DNA of 64,000 bases from Pocillopora damicornis (lineage: Eukaryota), in the NCBI RefSeq assembly GCF_003704095.1, contig NW_020846700.1:124001-188000 (forward strand), in the 5' to 3' direction. A model generated the notes under the pieces. It did not search any database and was not told the DNA's origin. It saw only the letters and a program-made list of their open reading frames with translations. Position 1 is the first letter of the stretch. Each line of letters begins with the position of its first letter. The translations under genes and the position numbers were made by a program. Below are positions 17,923 through 31,207 of this stretch, in pieces.

Positions 17923-19452
17923 TTAATACTTTGACAATCATTTTGATAGTGTCCGCCTGTTGTTTATTCCCTGTGCAAGTAAAACTGATTTCATTGTGTG
18001 AAAATGAGCAAATTTTTTTTCAGCTTTCACACTTTGTAAATCATTGTTCTGCGAATGCTGGAGGGTATTTGTTTTACTACGATGAAAGACCTTTACTGAA
18101 AGCTAGTTTTCTTTCTGATATTCTTTGCAAGAAATTGAAAGTGAGATTGAAAAATAATATAGTTCAAGATGATTGTTTTTAATATTTAGTGAATACCTTA
18201 ATTGTATTACTTCAGACTGCCTCATTAGTTGGATGCTGTATTTTGTCACTCATAAATTATTCAAAGCAGTGACTGTTTTATTTGTAAGAGATGTGAAGCT
18301 ATATCTCATTTATTACAATTACCAAGTGTAAGTCCTCTGAAGCACAAATTCACATCATTTGCTGTCAGAGCAGTTGATCAGTAACCTTCAGTGTTGTATT
18401 TCTCCACTGGTATTTCAACTGTTTTAAATAAAATCCCTAAAATGTCCCTTCTTTACTCTGAAGCACAGAAATGTTTTACATTAAGAGAGATGTGTGACTT
18501 TGTGCTAGTTTGCTAGTTTATGGTGCAGGTGTCTTATAACTTTGTACAACAAGTGCATGATCATTTTTTACTGGCCATCTTTTATGTAGAGTTAGAGTAG
18601 ACAGTAGGTGGGGTTGGGGTGGGGGGGCAGGGAAAGGCAGAAAGAAATGTAGTTTCTATTGCTCCACCCTCTCCCTACTGCTTTATTGTGTCCATCATTC
18701 AACCTCTTGCTGAAAATCAAAGATGGCAGCCATTCAACCCCTTCATAAAAATCAAGGATGGCAGCCACAATTTTGACCAAGGAAATATGGAGCACACACT
18801 CAAAAATGACACCTGTTCTGCTGGCTACTAGTAAGCTGGAAACTGGATTGGGACTCTCACCAGGTTACTGTGTGTGCCCCTGTGCAAGACACTGCACTTT
18901 CACAGGGTAATTTTACTCTGGTATGTTCAAGAAGCCAAACCACTAGTAGCTGGTAGTTGATTATCAAATACCATATTACCTTAAATAACCTCTCCCCCCC
19001 CCCCCACCCCCTACACTACAATGTCTCCCCCTTGCTGTTGGTGTCAACCTCATGTTCCAGATTCAAGTTATCTAGGATTTAGGTCAAAGGAAAAGCACTG
19101 TGCATTAAAGACTGTTGGCCATGCCAGCTCATTGTGGAAAGTAGAAGTCATTTTGCAAAATTCTTGACGACAGATATTTTACTATTCTTTGACTTTTCAA
19201 TTGTGTCCCTTGGAAGTCTTATTCAGAATACTTTTATTTGCTCAATTTTTGTCAACAATATTTATGATACGACTTCAATCATCCTGAGCTCTTTGTCTTG
19301 GACAAAAGATGAAATCTTGAAAACCTTATAGCAATTAAAATGTCATTTTGGTCTAACTCTGGAAATGTTCGACTCGTTTGTTACTCTTGTCCATATGATA
19401 CGTAGGACTGTAACTAGATTTGCTCTCTCTATCCAATCAATGTGGAGTCCTC

Positions 19453-19603
19453 CAGGGCCCAGTTGTATAAAGGGCGGATAACGCTATCCAACGGATAAAT
19501 TGCTATCCAGCGGATAAGTGACAGCAAAATGTATAGCGTTATCCATGGGATAGAGTTTTATCCAATGGATAGTGCTATCCAACCTTCGAACAACCGGGGC
19601 CAG
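19453..19603. mobile_element. Harbinger-like palindromic MITE
   Basis: CAG|GGCCCAGTTGT ... ACAACCGGGGC|CAG (3-bp CWG direct flanks); interior built of alternating GGATA/TATCC units. Confidence 0.7.
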
Positions 19604-19741
19604 GTGAGAATTCGATTGAAGGAAGTAAGAATTTGATGGTGTAGTGACGGACTTTCAATCTTCAGACAAATAGTGTCCTGCATTTGCAAATTCTCGAACA
19701 AGGTGTAAGGCACTGAGTTTATTCTTTCATTCCGTCTCATC

Positions 19742-19838
19742 TCACCCTCTTTCGCAGATCACTTCAATCACCTGTGGGTTACAATCCAGAGAGCTTAGGG
19801 ATTAGTTGTGATATATCACCTTGGGGTGGTCGGAAGAT

Positions 19839-19887
<49 letters not shown>

Positions 19888-22800
19888 ATAGAAAATTTAC
19901 TACCAGTGCGGGTTTAAGGGGGGTCAGGAAAATTTCACAGCGGCACAAATAAAATTACAGCAATTTACTGCGATGTGATGCAACGACATTGAAGAAACAG
20001 AGGAAGACGATTCTATACTCACACTGGGTTCCATTAGTTCTGGTGACAGACATCTATTGACGGTACTGTTGACCACTTCTTCCAACATGAAGTGAACCAA
20101 ACTTGTATTTAAAAAAACAAAACAAACTAATAAGTTATCTAGAAATTCTTCACTCGCGAACGCCGACACTTCTTAGAGTCATTAAGGTAGTTAGTAGTGA
20201 AAATTGCGGTAAACAGCTGTTGTTTCATAATTAGGCTCCTTAATATTTTATTAAAGGGAGATGATAACTTAAGAATTAAGAAAAGCGCAATTCCATTCGC
20301 TCAAATGACAAATAAAAAAGATTATTGTGAGGGCAGCTGGCGAAAATCGTAGGGTCGCTCGATAACAAGGCTAAATCCACCGGACTGGGAAAAAAAAAAG
20401 AGATGTCAGCTGAATGAATGGTTAAAGGAAATTGTGATTCGTAATTTGCCCATTGTCACGAGCTGAGGACAGAGAAAAATTCTTCAGTCTCCCACGAGGA
20501 ATGCGTATCAAACCAATGAATTTCACGCTTCGATATTCTGGGCAGTTTCTAAATTCAAACGAGACAGGCATATATATACAAATTGCCCTTACTTCTCATC
20601 GGATACAAATCTCCATAAGTACATCTGCAGGTAGTGCGTGTCAACTTGGATCTGCTGTAAACCATATTTTCCAAACGTCCGAAGTCGTACACACTCCAGA
20701 ACAGTCTTAAAATAAAACAACACTTAAAGTCCATCAGTAAGCAAAAACGGTTTGTAAAATAAAAAGCAAGGTAGTGCGTGTCAACTTGGATCTGTTGTAA
20801 ACCATATTTTCCAAACGTCCGAAGTCGCACACACTCTACAAGAGTCTTAAAAATCAAACAACACTTCAAGTCCACCAGTAAAACGGTTTGCGTAAAGGTA
20901 AGCATGTCGTTAAAATACTGCTGGAAACACCGACTGTCAGTCTTACCTTTAATCCTATCTTAACAATTCCCGTTAATACAGAGACCTTGGAGAATTCCAC
21001 CGAACTAAAGATCTCGATTCTCTCTGAGAACAGCTTCTGAATGTTACTGAGAAGGCTAGAATCGAATGCGGTGCTGATAAGAAACAAAGAACAAGAGATC
21101 AAACAGTGATTATGTTCATTTTTCCAAGTGTCCAAGAGAATTTAAAGAAGACTGGAAAAAAAGATTTAGGTATTAAATAACATAAGAATTAATTTAGAAG
21201 TCAAGATTTTCAGAAGTCGAGAACTACAGGCTCTCTTTGAAAAGCAAAGATTTGTCTTAAATCGTGCGTTACCTGGCTGTGTAACTCCACTGACTACGGC
21301 TTGGTTTGGTTGGATATGTATAGGTAAACTTACTGGAGTCTGAAACAAAAATTTAAAAACACTTGAGACAGTGTCTCATGAGATGTAAATACAACTTCGA
21401 GACTCTGTTATTAGGACAATTTCGAACCCCTGGCATCTGCAGCTGGAATCGGAAAATCAAGGAGTGCTTTATGAAGACTTACTGAGACACCAGCGAGGTC
21501 TTTAACTATATACGCCTCACTAATGGAAAGAGATGAACTCTTAGCCACAAACCTGAACTGTGGGCTTTGTGCACACCCTCCTCGTACAACTGTCCAACTT
21601 GTGTATCAATAGCTGTCACGTCCTCCACGATTCGCTTCATAACAGCACGAACATTCCGAGGTTCAATCGTGTTTAGCCAGTCCCGTGTTTCCACGCTCTT
21701 ACGAATCATCTGCATTGAGGGAACAGACAAGTTGCGGAAAACCGTACAGGCCATAACCTAGGGGACGGGGAGGCAACAAGGNNNNNNNNNNGGGGGGAGA
21801 AGATGTCGATCGTTGATTCAGTTAAGGTATAATTTTAAGGGGATAGCAAGGTTGGCAATATGTGGTTTCACCCTGCCGCCCTCCCTCTACCCTTTCAACC
21901 CAAGACATGTTTGATAGTAAATTATGACAATTTCTTTCAGTATTTAAATTGAAGATTTTAGAAAATGTTTACCTAAATTTTCAAGTTAGCCATTTGCAAA
22001 GCGTATCCCCCTTCTTCCTAAACTCTCGTTCCTTCTTTGTTTATCACCTTCGCTTTAGTATTTCTTAATTTTGTGGCTTGCTTCGATTTAAGGACTTTTT
22101 TAAACAATATTTTGTGCAAATGGAAAAAAAAAACGAAATGTTTTGACCTAGTCCTTTTAGTAACTTACAGTTCTCAGCAATTGACTAACGATCGAAACGT
22201 CATCTACTCAATATCTATATTCCATACTGTCTGTCCTCCAATAGATCATGAGGAACAACCAATCAAAATGGGTGTTGAATTCAGCTTATATGAAATGATT
22301 TATAACAAACGTTCATCGTAAGACTTTGAACTCCGTTAACTTAAAGCCAACCAGTCTAGTACGTACCTGAGAGATTGTTAGCCCTTGCATTCTCACATAA
22401 TGATTCAAAAGGCTCTGTTGGAGAAAAAAACAGTAGCAAACCATGGATGACATAAACACGACTGAGGGGCAACAATCTGACAAAACCACCGCATGTTTAA
22501 ACTAAAGAAGGAAATCCCAATCTTTGTTTATTTATCACGAAAAAGACTGTTACAGAGCCATGCAAAACCTGTTATCTGAAAAAGCCAAGTCACTGTGGAT
22601 CTTGATCAATCAAATCTTAATTCTTTATTTCAAGTGATCTGTTTTGGTCTCGTCCGTTTCCAGCCATCGTTGTTGCTCCCCAATGTCTAGCTTCCTGCTT
22701 TAAAGATTTTCTATCTCATCAAGCTGACATTTTGCTTTTTTCATTTTGAACAAAAAAAATTCAGGCACAAAATGGCATGATTTTACTTCTTTAAGCCCTT

Positions 22801-25800
22801 GGAGCCAGTAAAACAGGCTTACAACGAGACTTAAACAATAAATTTGTATTTTAAGCACCAGTACTCAAGATCGACACTTTCCATCGCTGTAAATACTGTT
22901 ACAGACCTGTGCAATGTGCCGAGCTTCTGTAGCGAGATCTGACACGGAAGTTGTCAGGCTTCCTCGTCCCAACTCCTCGTCTACTGGAAATTGCTCGTCA
23001 GTGAGACTCAGCTACGCAAAAGACACGAAATTTATCAACCATGAGCTTTGCTTCCTTTATTCGAGTTAGCTACTCTGGAGGTATGAAATTAATTCAGTGG
23101 TTTGCATTTTCCACTAGAATCGAGCGGTTTTAACGGCGCTTATACCTTAAAAAAAAAAAAAAGAACCTGAACAACCCAAAAATCGTACCTAAAAAATTTA
23201 CCCAAAAAACATAATCATTATCTCGCGTTGTCATTATCTACAATCTCCGAGCATTGTAAGAACAATGGTCATAACATACCATATAAGAGATAGTTGATTC
23301 TTGAAAATCAAGACATAATCTCGATAACAAAAGAATAAGAGCTGGAGGAGCTGTTCCAATGTCACAAAAATCCTGAAGAAAACAGCAGCAAGAAAGATTT
23401 TAATGGCTCTCCAAAGTGGGAGTTAATGAACACACTGATCTGTCTGCATTTTATAATATCCATTATTTCGAGTGCTTATATGGAGACAGAGGAAATACTA
23501 TTTGTAATAAACCACATATCGTGTGTCGTAGAGCAATTTTCAATTGAGTACCGAAAGTAATCTGAGATTTTATCTTTTATGTTTTATTTCGTTTCCACGG
23601 TGATTGTTCCACCATCTCAACCGATCAGATTTAAAACTGAAACCAGTCGTGTCATGGTCACTTGTGTTTTCCCGCGCTTCCGGAGGTTAGCTTACTTCGA
23701 GTTCTCATTCGTTTCTCCTTCCTACGATTGGCTGTTGCGATTGCTTTGGTTTTGGTTTTACGACACTCAATCGCACAGCGCTCTATTATCTGCCATTTAA
23801 ACATTTAGTCACGGCAGCCTCGTTATCGTTCATTCGTCACCGACCTTAGCCGATCGCAGCACGTGACGTATAAACTCTACCACCAGGCCCTCTCGGACAT
23901 CATCTGAACAGAAAGGTCCTCGGAAGTATGGTTTCACGGCAAATGTAATATCTGATCCAATGAAGGTCTGAAAAAGGTAATGAATTACATATCCAGTTTA
24001 TTTTTTGGCATTTTATCTGAGGGCAAGATAATTTTTTTTCAATGTGAACCTAAGCACTTTTGCTTTTTGATGTTGTTGCTGTGAGCCTGAAGTCGAGTCA
24101 CTGATATGTCTTCCCATGAGGAGTGACATCAGTCCAACAAACTTGTTGATGAAATGATGACATCGTTTTCTTAAAATAACGCTTTTTGTAAAACTAACGG
24201 TATAACTGGTACATGGCAACTGATTGATGACCAGACATCCACTGTCCAATGACCATTTGTTGACGATGATGTCAGAAATGGTAGTGTTTTTCTTCCTCAG
24301 AGGCTGTTGTGAGCCTGCGAGACTGGACTTCGAGATGTTCATGGTTTCATTTGAAATAAACGTAATTAGCAGACTGACTGATTAACTGACCAATCGAATA
24401 AATGATTAACTGACTGTCTGCTAATTGACTAACTAATTGAATCAGTGACGGATCAACCGATTGATTGATTTACTGACTGACTGATTGATTCATTGGGTGA
24501 TCGAGCGACTGACTGACTGACTGACTGACTGACTGACTGACTGACTACTTGACCGAGTTTATTAATTGTTTGGGTGGGTTGGTGAGTGACTGACTGATTG
24601 GGTGTACAAACCTTTAAGCTGCAAAGGATCAGCTTCACCTGGTTGGTGAGAGAGTTAGTCATGGTTGACAACAAATCCGACAGGGAAGGTGGTTTGTCGC
24701 TTCCTGACGGAGTTGCAAGGGTTTGTCTGGTATCTGTTAAACAAACTGAACACAATAAAAACTAGTCAGACGGCATTCGTGGAAGCTGATGTCTAGCACT
24801 GATGAGCATATCAATCAAATCTCCTCTTTAACTTTCGCTTAACAAGCCCACATAATTAGCGTTACGCAACGAGTGTTCTTCACCCGCAACAAAAATTGAG
24901 TATCTGGCACTGATTAAGAGTAGCAGACCGTTAGCAGAACAAACTCTTGACAACATCACAATAACTTGCACTTCAAACAGCCGTGTGTAAGAGGAAAATA
25001 AGCGTCTGTCAACTACTGTTTACAAAAGAGTGTAAGGAAAAGTTAGCCTTAAATGCACAGCTAGCTCAGTACTCGACCTGATCTATGATCAAAGGAAAGA
25101 CTTACAGAAGCCTTCTGTACTGAGTACTTACCGGCAAAGTGCTGTCGAAGGCTTTTCGAGTAGTCTTTCACTCTATTGTGAGCAGACCGGGCCACTATAT
25201 TTGCTCCCGAACTAAGAACAATGGACAAAGTCAATAACCCAAATATTGTATATTTGAGTGGGTAGGGTCTTGACCAAAGACAAAGGTAATTTAAAAGGAG
25301 AAGTTTATCGTCGAGATTGGAAAATTTACTCGAGTTTGGAAGAGTCCAACAAGAGTACTTGATCCTCAGAAGAAATTTCATAAGAAAGTGCAATTATTTT
25401 ACAGGAACTTACCGTCCAACGCCAATCTCGGGAAGGAGCTGCTGAACTGCTTGAAGTCTTCGGTGAAAGCGATCTAGTGCTCGCACTAACAGTACATTGT
25501 CACCAGTATCCGACTGAAAGAAACAAACGTGTTACTACTAGATGTATGCACAAGGCTTGCACATTCTCTCATATCATGTCTTAAATCAAGGTTCTTTCAA
25601 CTGTTTGTTGAAACGAAGTGACTTTCAAGTGCAAATATACTCAGCTGTCATTAACAAGATCTTCCTTTGTTTTTGGTTCATGAACGAATTCTAACGCATG
25701 GAAAATTGATTTTACAGAATTCGTTTTTTTTTTACACTATAGAACCAGAGGACCTAGAGTGCCTGCTCCTACATTAATCTATGGTGCTCTAACCAATAAT

Positions 25801-28800
25801 TTTTGAGATGGGTCTCACGTCTATAGCTTAACCCTTTACAACCTAACATCAGTATGCATATTCTCCATACTGTTCTCTATACATTTCCCAAGGTGTTGTA
25901 AATGAGAATTTGTTCTACAATCAAGAGCTTCTTCAGTTGGGAATCATTTCTTTTATTCTTGTGACCTTCATGTGTGATTCAGGGGTGATATTGTAAGGAG
26001 AAATTAGATGCTAGTCACTCTTAGGAGTCAAAGGGTTAACAGAAATAAGACCAACAAATCACCTCCAGTTCAATCCTGGCTTCTGTAAGTTTGAAGTACT
26101 CACTCATCAATGATAGAATGAAATTAGATAGTTTCTCAGTAACTATCTTTGCCAAATCTTGCTGATCTTGACCATGCCTAGAAGAGACATAAAGGTAATT
26201 CATATTTCTTCTGTGTGTTAAGATACTAAGATACATAGCATTACTAGCATCACTAAAATTTCCTCAAACCTTTAGGCCTTCTCTCATAGAAGTTTATTGG
26301 ATGGACAAAATAAAGCCTGTGAAGTGTTATTTGATGCAACATAAAATTCTCTTTGTGTTTCACACTGGAATACTGAAAAATTGGGAAGGAGAATGTAGCA
26401 ATATACCAGATGTTACCCTGGGTTTTTTTTCCAAGCAACCCATAAAGTTCTCTTATCATCTTGGGAATAATAGTCTGGTCAAAGGCATACCTAGGGATGC
26501 ATTTCACCCCTTTGCCTCCTCTTTTTCAAGAAAACTGATATTCCTTTAATTAATAAAAATAAAACAATCTGGTATGCAACAGGATTACAACCAAATGCTG
26601 GTAAACTGCTGGTCAAGGACTCAAACCCGATCGGGGAGAGTGAGAGAACTTCTTGAGCCCAGTTTGTTGAGGTCTTGGTTCATAAGAAACTGGGATTCAA
26701 CTTTAGCTTTTGTTCTTTGACAAAATTGAACTTAACTAAAGAATGAAGTGACATGTTCAAAATTAATTTTTTTTCTTACTCTGTCATTTGCCTTTGAATA
26801 AATTGTTCCTTGTAAGATGCAATCACCAAACAGATTGAACTCAGGAAGCCATTACAGCCACAGTCAATGAACTCCAATAAGTCCTATGGAGAAAAATTTG
26901 TTAGACTGCTGACCAACTAACACAAAAAGTTTATGACTCCACCAACTGATATTGTTTTTATAAGTTAAACCTGCCATTCTCTTCAGGCAATCTCATTCTG
27001 TTTTATTCATTTCTATTTTTTTATTTATCAAACCCTCCCTCCCTTATCATTAACCAGTGGGCTCTGTTTTAAGGTGTTAAGATGTTTAAGGTGAGACTTC
27101 CTCTTATTTGGTTCTCTGAAAAGTTACAATCTATTAACTCATTGCTAGTCTCAAATTTAGTCATGGACAGAGAGCATGTTCTAAAAGTACCTGCATGAAT
27201 TTTATTTGGTAAGGAAATTTCGCCACTAACTGTTTTATTGTTTGACATGTATATTTGTTGGTAATATGCTGTTGCCAAAACATTATTTTCATAATTTAAT
27301 TTTTTTATCATTTTGAGTTTTACAAAATCTTCTTTGATTCACAGCTTATATTGATAGGAAGAAATAGCATAACACAAGTCACAACTCACCATGGGTCTCA
27401 CTGGTTTTCCTTCTTGTTCTTGATCTTTTTCTTCTCCCTCTGTTTTGTTTTTTTTTAATTTTTAAAACATGGATAAAGTCATTGAGGATATACTTCTACA
27501 GTTTCTCATTCTAAACAAATTTTATTTTTTTGCTTATTGACTATCAAATGGCCTTAGATTAATTAAAATGTACAGCTGTATTTAGTGTACTTCATCAACT
27601 GATGCCCACATGAATGACAATCAATAAATGTGATCAATGTCCAGAAAAGATCAGCAATTGACTGAAGTTTTTGTCAATCACATCATGCAGGCCAGCCATG
27701 GTTCTTAGACAAAAAATTCCTCACCACCTTCTCAAGGTAACAAATACAGATTCTTCGAGAGTCTGCCTTGTTTTCCCTCAGACTTCAATATTGAGAGCTT
27801 GTTACCAGAAAAGTTCTGAAATGAAGTGCAAACAACATAGAAACCCACCTTTGGTGGCCACTGGTATATCTCCTGACAACTTTAATTCCACTTGCACCTT
27901 AAGCATTTTAAGACTTTCATCCAGTCTCTCTTGTGCACTATTAAAATCAATCAGTTGGTCAACGTTTGTTTATTCACTATTTTATTCCAAGCAGAACAAT
28001 TGATACCTACACATGGTACAATGCCTGGGATAAAATGATTACTTTAAAATTATATTGGTATTTTATTAAAATGGTAACCAAGAAAAGAACCCTACACAAA
28101 ATGAAATAAGAACATTTCTCAGTCATCAACAAATAAGATTGAGAAAAATTGCAATTTTTTAGCTGAATGTTATTCTGGTTGAATTGTTTTTCTGAATGTC
28201 TTTGGCCAAATTGCACAGGGCTTTGTATGTCTTCAATATGTTCCTTGCTCAGATTCAGTGGTGAGATTTTCAGAACTTGAATTTGTTTAGTCTACAATTC
28301 TTACTGTGCTAAGAATTCATCACACAGTTCATCTGCAGGTTCCCTCAGTTGTAGGAGAAGATCCACACATTCTGCCAGCTGTTTGGGTGTTGACTGTAGA
28401 CAGGCAAAAAGAGTTTGATGTCACCTTTGGGTTTTTTAACTGCTTAATATAAAGAATTAAGTTACACACTACAGTTTTTTTCTCACTGAAGGCAAATTGA
28501 TTAAAATTCAACATTGTTTGGATTCAGATTTGAGCAATGTAATAGTTGTGGACACATAACTAACAGACTCTGAGTATATCCTTGAAATTTCCTTTATGTA
28601 TTTTGTTTCCATCAAAACTGACACCCACAAAGGTGGAAGAAAAGAAAAGCATTAAGCAAGAGTTCCATTCTACTGAGTCAGAAAACGTGTACAAGACTTA
28701 AAATTGTCATAACCTTTGGATTTCTGAGTTGTTCTCTCAGCTGAACTATCAGCTGTTTTACTATTTCATCGCAGTCTTGGTGAATGCCATGGAAGGATGG

Positions 28801-30948
28801 CATGTGACTGTAATGGTACAAGACATCTCTAGCTTTTGTATAATATCTGTGATACAAAAAAAGAGAGAAAATGAGAGCAAAATATCAGAAAGTTGATATG
28901 CACATCTACCACACTTTTATCAGAAAATAAAGTTACTTGCATTACAATGCAGAACTCATAATACCTGACAGCAAGTCCATATTGTTTCATTTCAACACAC
29001 TTGTTTAGCCTTGATGGCAACTCAAACAAAAACTGAAGCTGTAAGGTAAAAAAATTGCAACCAGTATTGTGGGAAACATTACTGAACCACAGACAAATAA
29101 AATGAGCACCTGCCTTATCCCAATAAAAGACACAGTGACACCAAACAGTAAACATGCTGGATTCAAGGTGCTGTGTCTTGGCAGGACACTTCACTCACAC
29201 AGGTAGGGAGGGGGGGGGGGGGNNNNNNNNNNNNNNNNNNNNNNNNNNNNNNNNNNNNNNNNNNNNNNNNNNNNNNNNNNNNNNNNNNNNNNNNNNNNNN
29301 NNNNNNNNNNNNNNNNNNNNNNNNNNNNNNNNNNNNNNNNNNNNNNNNNNNNNNNNNNATACCTTTTTCAGAAGTGCATGAACACCTGATAACTTTGTGA
29401 TCTGTTGCCTCTTCCCTTGAAGTGTACCTGTTATTTTTTCACTGAAATCTGTGATTGTTGACATGTTCTTCTTTAGCTTATCCATCTCTTCTTCCATTTT
29501 CTTGAAATCATGCTTCATCTGTAAATGAAAAAGCAAACTAAATATAGCAACTTTTTTCCACACTGGTTATGTCAAAAAAATCAACATGAAGGAAAAATCT
29601 ACAAAAAGTCTTTATTGGGTGCATGAAGAGTCACGGTCTTTATGAAGGGAGATTGTGTCTACCACTAAGTGGCCAAAAATCTCAATCTTTGGTGACATAT
29701 CAACTTGAGAGCTCAGGGATAATCTGGACATTTCCTCACAGTTCAAAAAGGAAACACGAGACAAAACAGCTATTTAAGATTTGGTACATATAAACAACAG
29801 CCTTGATTTGGTGCAAAGATATGCATGGATGTTTGTTTGCAGACATTATCTGTTCCAAGATAAAGCAGTCTTGCAAGAGCGAAGCTTGAGGAAACCTGTG
29901 AGCTTCAAGGAACAGATTCTGTTCAAGGACAAAATAATATACAAGAATGCTTTTGCGCAAAATTGAGGCCATTAATTGTGTTTATTATCCTTCAAATATT
30001 TTGCAACCTGCTAAACTGTTAAGACCTAGAGGTCTAGTATACTTGATTTTAAGTACCTTTCTTATTGTGTCAGTTGCACTAATAAACTTGTTGTAGTTTT
30101 CATACACCAGGGTCTGCATTTCACTGTCCAATGATCTGATTTCTGTAAGTCAAATATAAATATAAAAATAAGACAAACAAAGAGCAAATTTGGATAAGAA
30201 TTTAAAATAAAATAGTCCTTGTTAGTCAGTAACTATTTCAAACAAAATATTATTGGGCAGTGCTAATAAGAAGAAGATTACATGGGTGAAGTATCTGAGC
30301 AACTGCACACCTACCCCTCCCCTAGTCCAACAAAAGTCGACTGATAACAAGTTAAGGTCAAAGTTGGGTGAGGAGATAGGTAAGTGCTCAGTTGCTCAGA
30401 TACTGACATTGATGCGATTACACTACAAGATTACCCTCTCGTTGTACTATCTCTGTGTATCAAATGTTTCTTACGTTTCGATACATCTACTTCTTTTTCC
30501 ATCAAGTCGTTCAAGGACTTCTCTTTGAAAAGTTTTTCCAAATACACTTCAGGTTTGAAATGTGCACCATTGATGTCACTGTAATCAATTTCTGTTGACT
30601 TTCCGGACTCTTCGCCAACCCCGTAATACATCTTCAGCATCCCACGCCGCTGGCGATGCCTCACACGGGCCATGTCTCCTTCTTCGTCTTTATCAGAATA
30701 AAATCAAAGGGTACATGGTTATGGTTGTTACAAGAAGAAATAACACGGACGGAATATAATTATATCCGCATTCTTTTTCTGAACATTGACAAGGCATTCA
30801 AATGAAAGCCTGAAAACCCAGTCACAGTAACTAAACATACATCCTTTATCTATAACGACAGGGGGAATAAAAGCGATCAAAGCGTCAGAGACTAATAAAT
30901 GATTTTAATTTGTGGACACTCTCACATACCTGGCGCTTTCTCCTCCAT
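19742..30948 (-). CDS. VPS51: Vacuolar protein sorting-associated protein 51 (GARP/EARP subunit), multi-exon
   Basis: Exon 1 30930-30948 (MEEKAP), 30475-30687 ([10 protein letters not shown]), 30057-30142 ([29 protein letters not shown]), 29363-29518, then [64 protein letters not shown], 20593-20705 ([19 protein letters not shown]), and last exon 19742-19771 VIEVICERG-stop. Confidence 0.96.
19841..19884 (+). repeat. poly-G homopolymer (44 nt) in the last VPS51 intron
   Basis: Direct observation. Confidence 0.9.
20626..20897. repeat. 140-bp tandem duplication spanning a VPS51 acceptor and partial exon
   Basis: GTAGTGCGTGTCAACTTGGATCTG... occurs at 20631 and 20771 with high identity over about 130 bp. 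Confidence 0.95.
24371..24600. repeat. (GACT)n tetranucleotide microsatellite, pure core about 24507-24546
   Basis: Direct observation; lies in a VPS51 intron. Confidence 0.9.
25828..26039. mobile_element. piggyBac-like MITE copy with intact TTAA flanks
   Basis: TTAA-CCCTTTA ... TCAAAGGG-TTAA. Confidence 0.85.
30290..30404. repeat. Small hairpin/MITE-like inverted repeat
   Basis: Perfect 16-bp arms AGTATCTGAGCAACTG (30290-30305) and CAGTTGCTCAGATACT (30389-30404), with further imperfect internal pairing. Confidence 0.75.
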
Positions 30949-31207
30949 CTTGATTATATATGTCATGTAAGACCCAGTGCAATGAAAAAGTGCAATGACC
31001 TCTTTGTCATCGAAAGAGCAAGGACTAAGCACAAAAACACATTAAGGAGTCAGAGCATGCGTACTTCCTTAACCGCCATCTTGAAGCGAGTGCTTGATAG
31101 AAAGAAATGTAGAATTTGTTCTTTAATTCATTTCTTTGGCGGATTAGAGAAACTGATAATTATTGTAGAAAATAATATAAGTCATCAGAAGATTAATCTA
31201 GATCGAG
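30949..31207. promoter_or_regulatory. Bidirectional promoter VPS51/DCTN1
   Basis: Divergent ATGs at 30948 (-) and 31208 (+), 259 bp apart. YY1-like CCGCCATCTTG at 31073-31083. Confidence 0.75.

Noticed and set aside
19841-19884. 44-nt poly-G as a functional G-quadruplex
   Set aside because: Homopolymer length is unreliable. Other G runs abut assembly gaps (about 21782 and 29223), suggesting sequencing difficulty.
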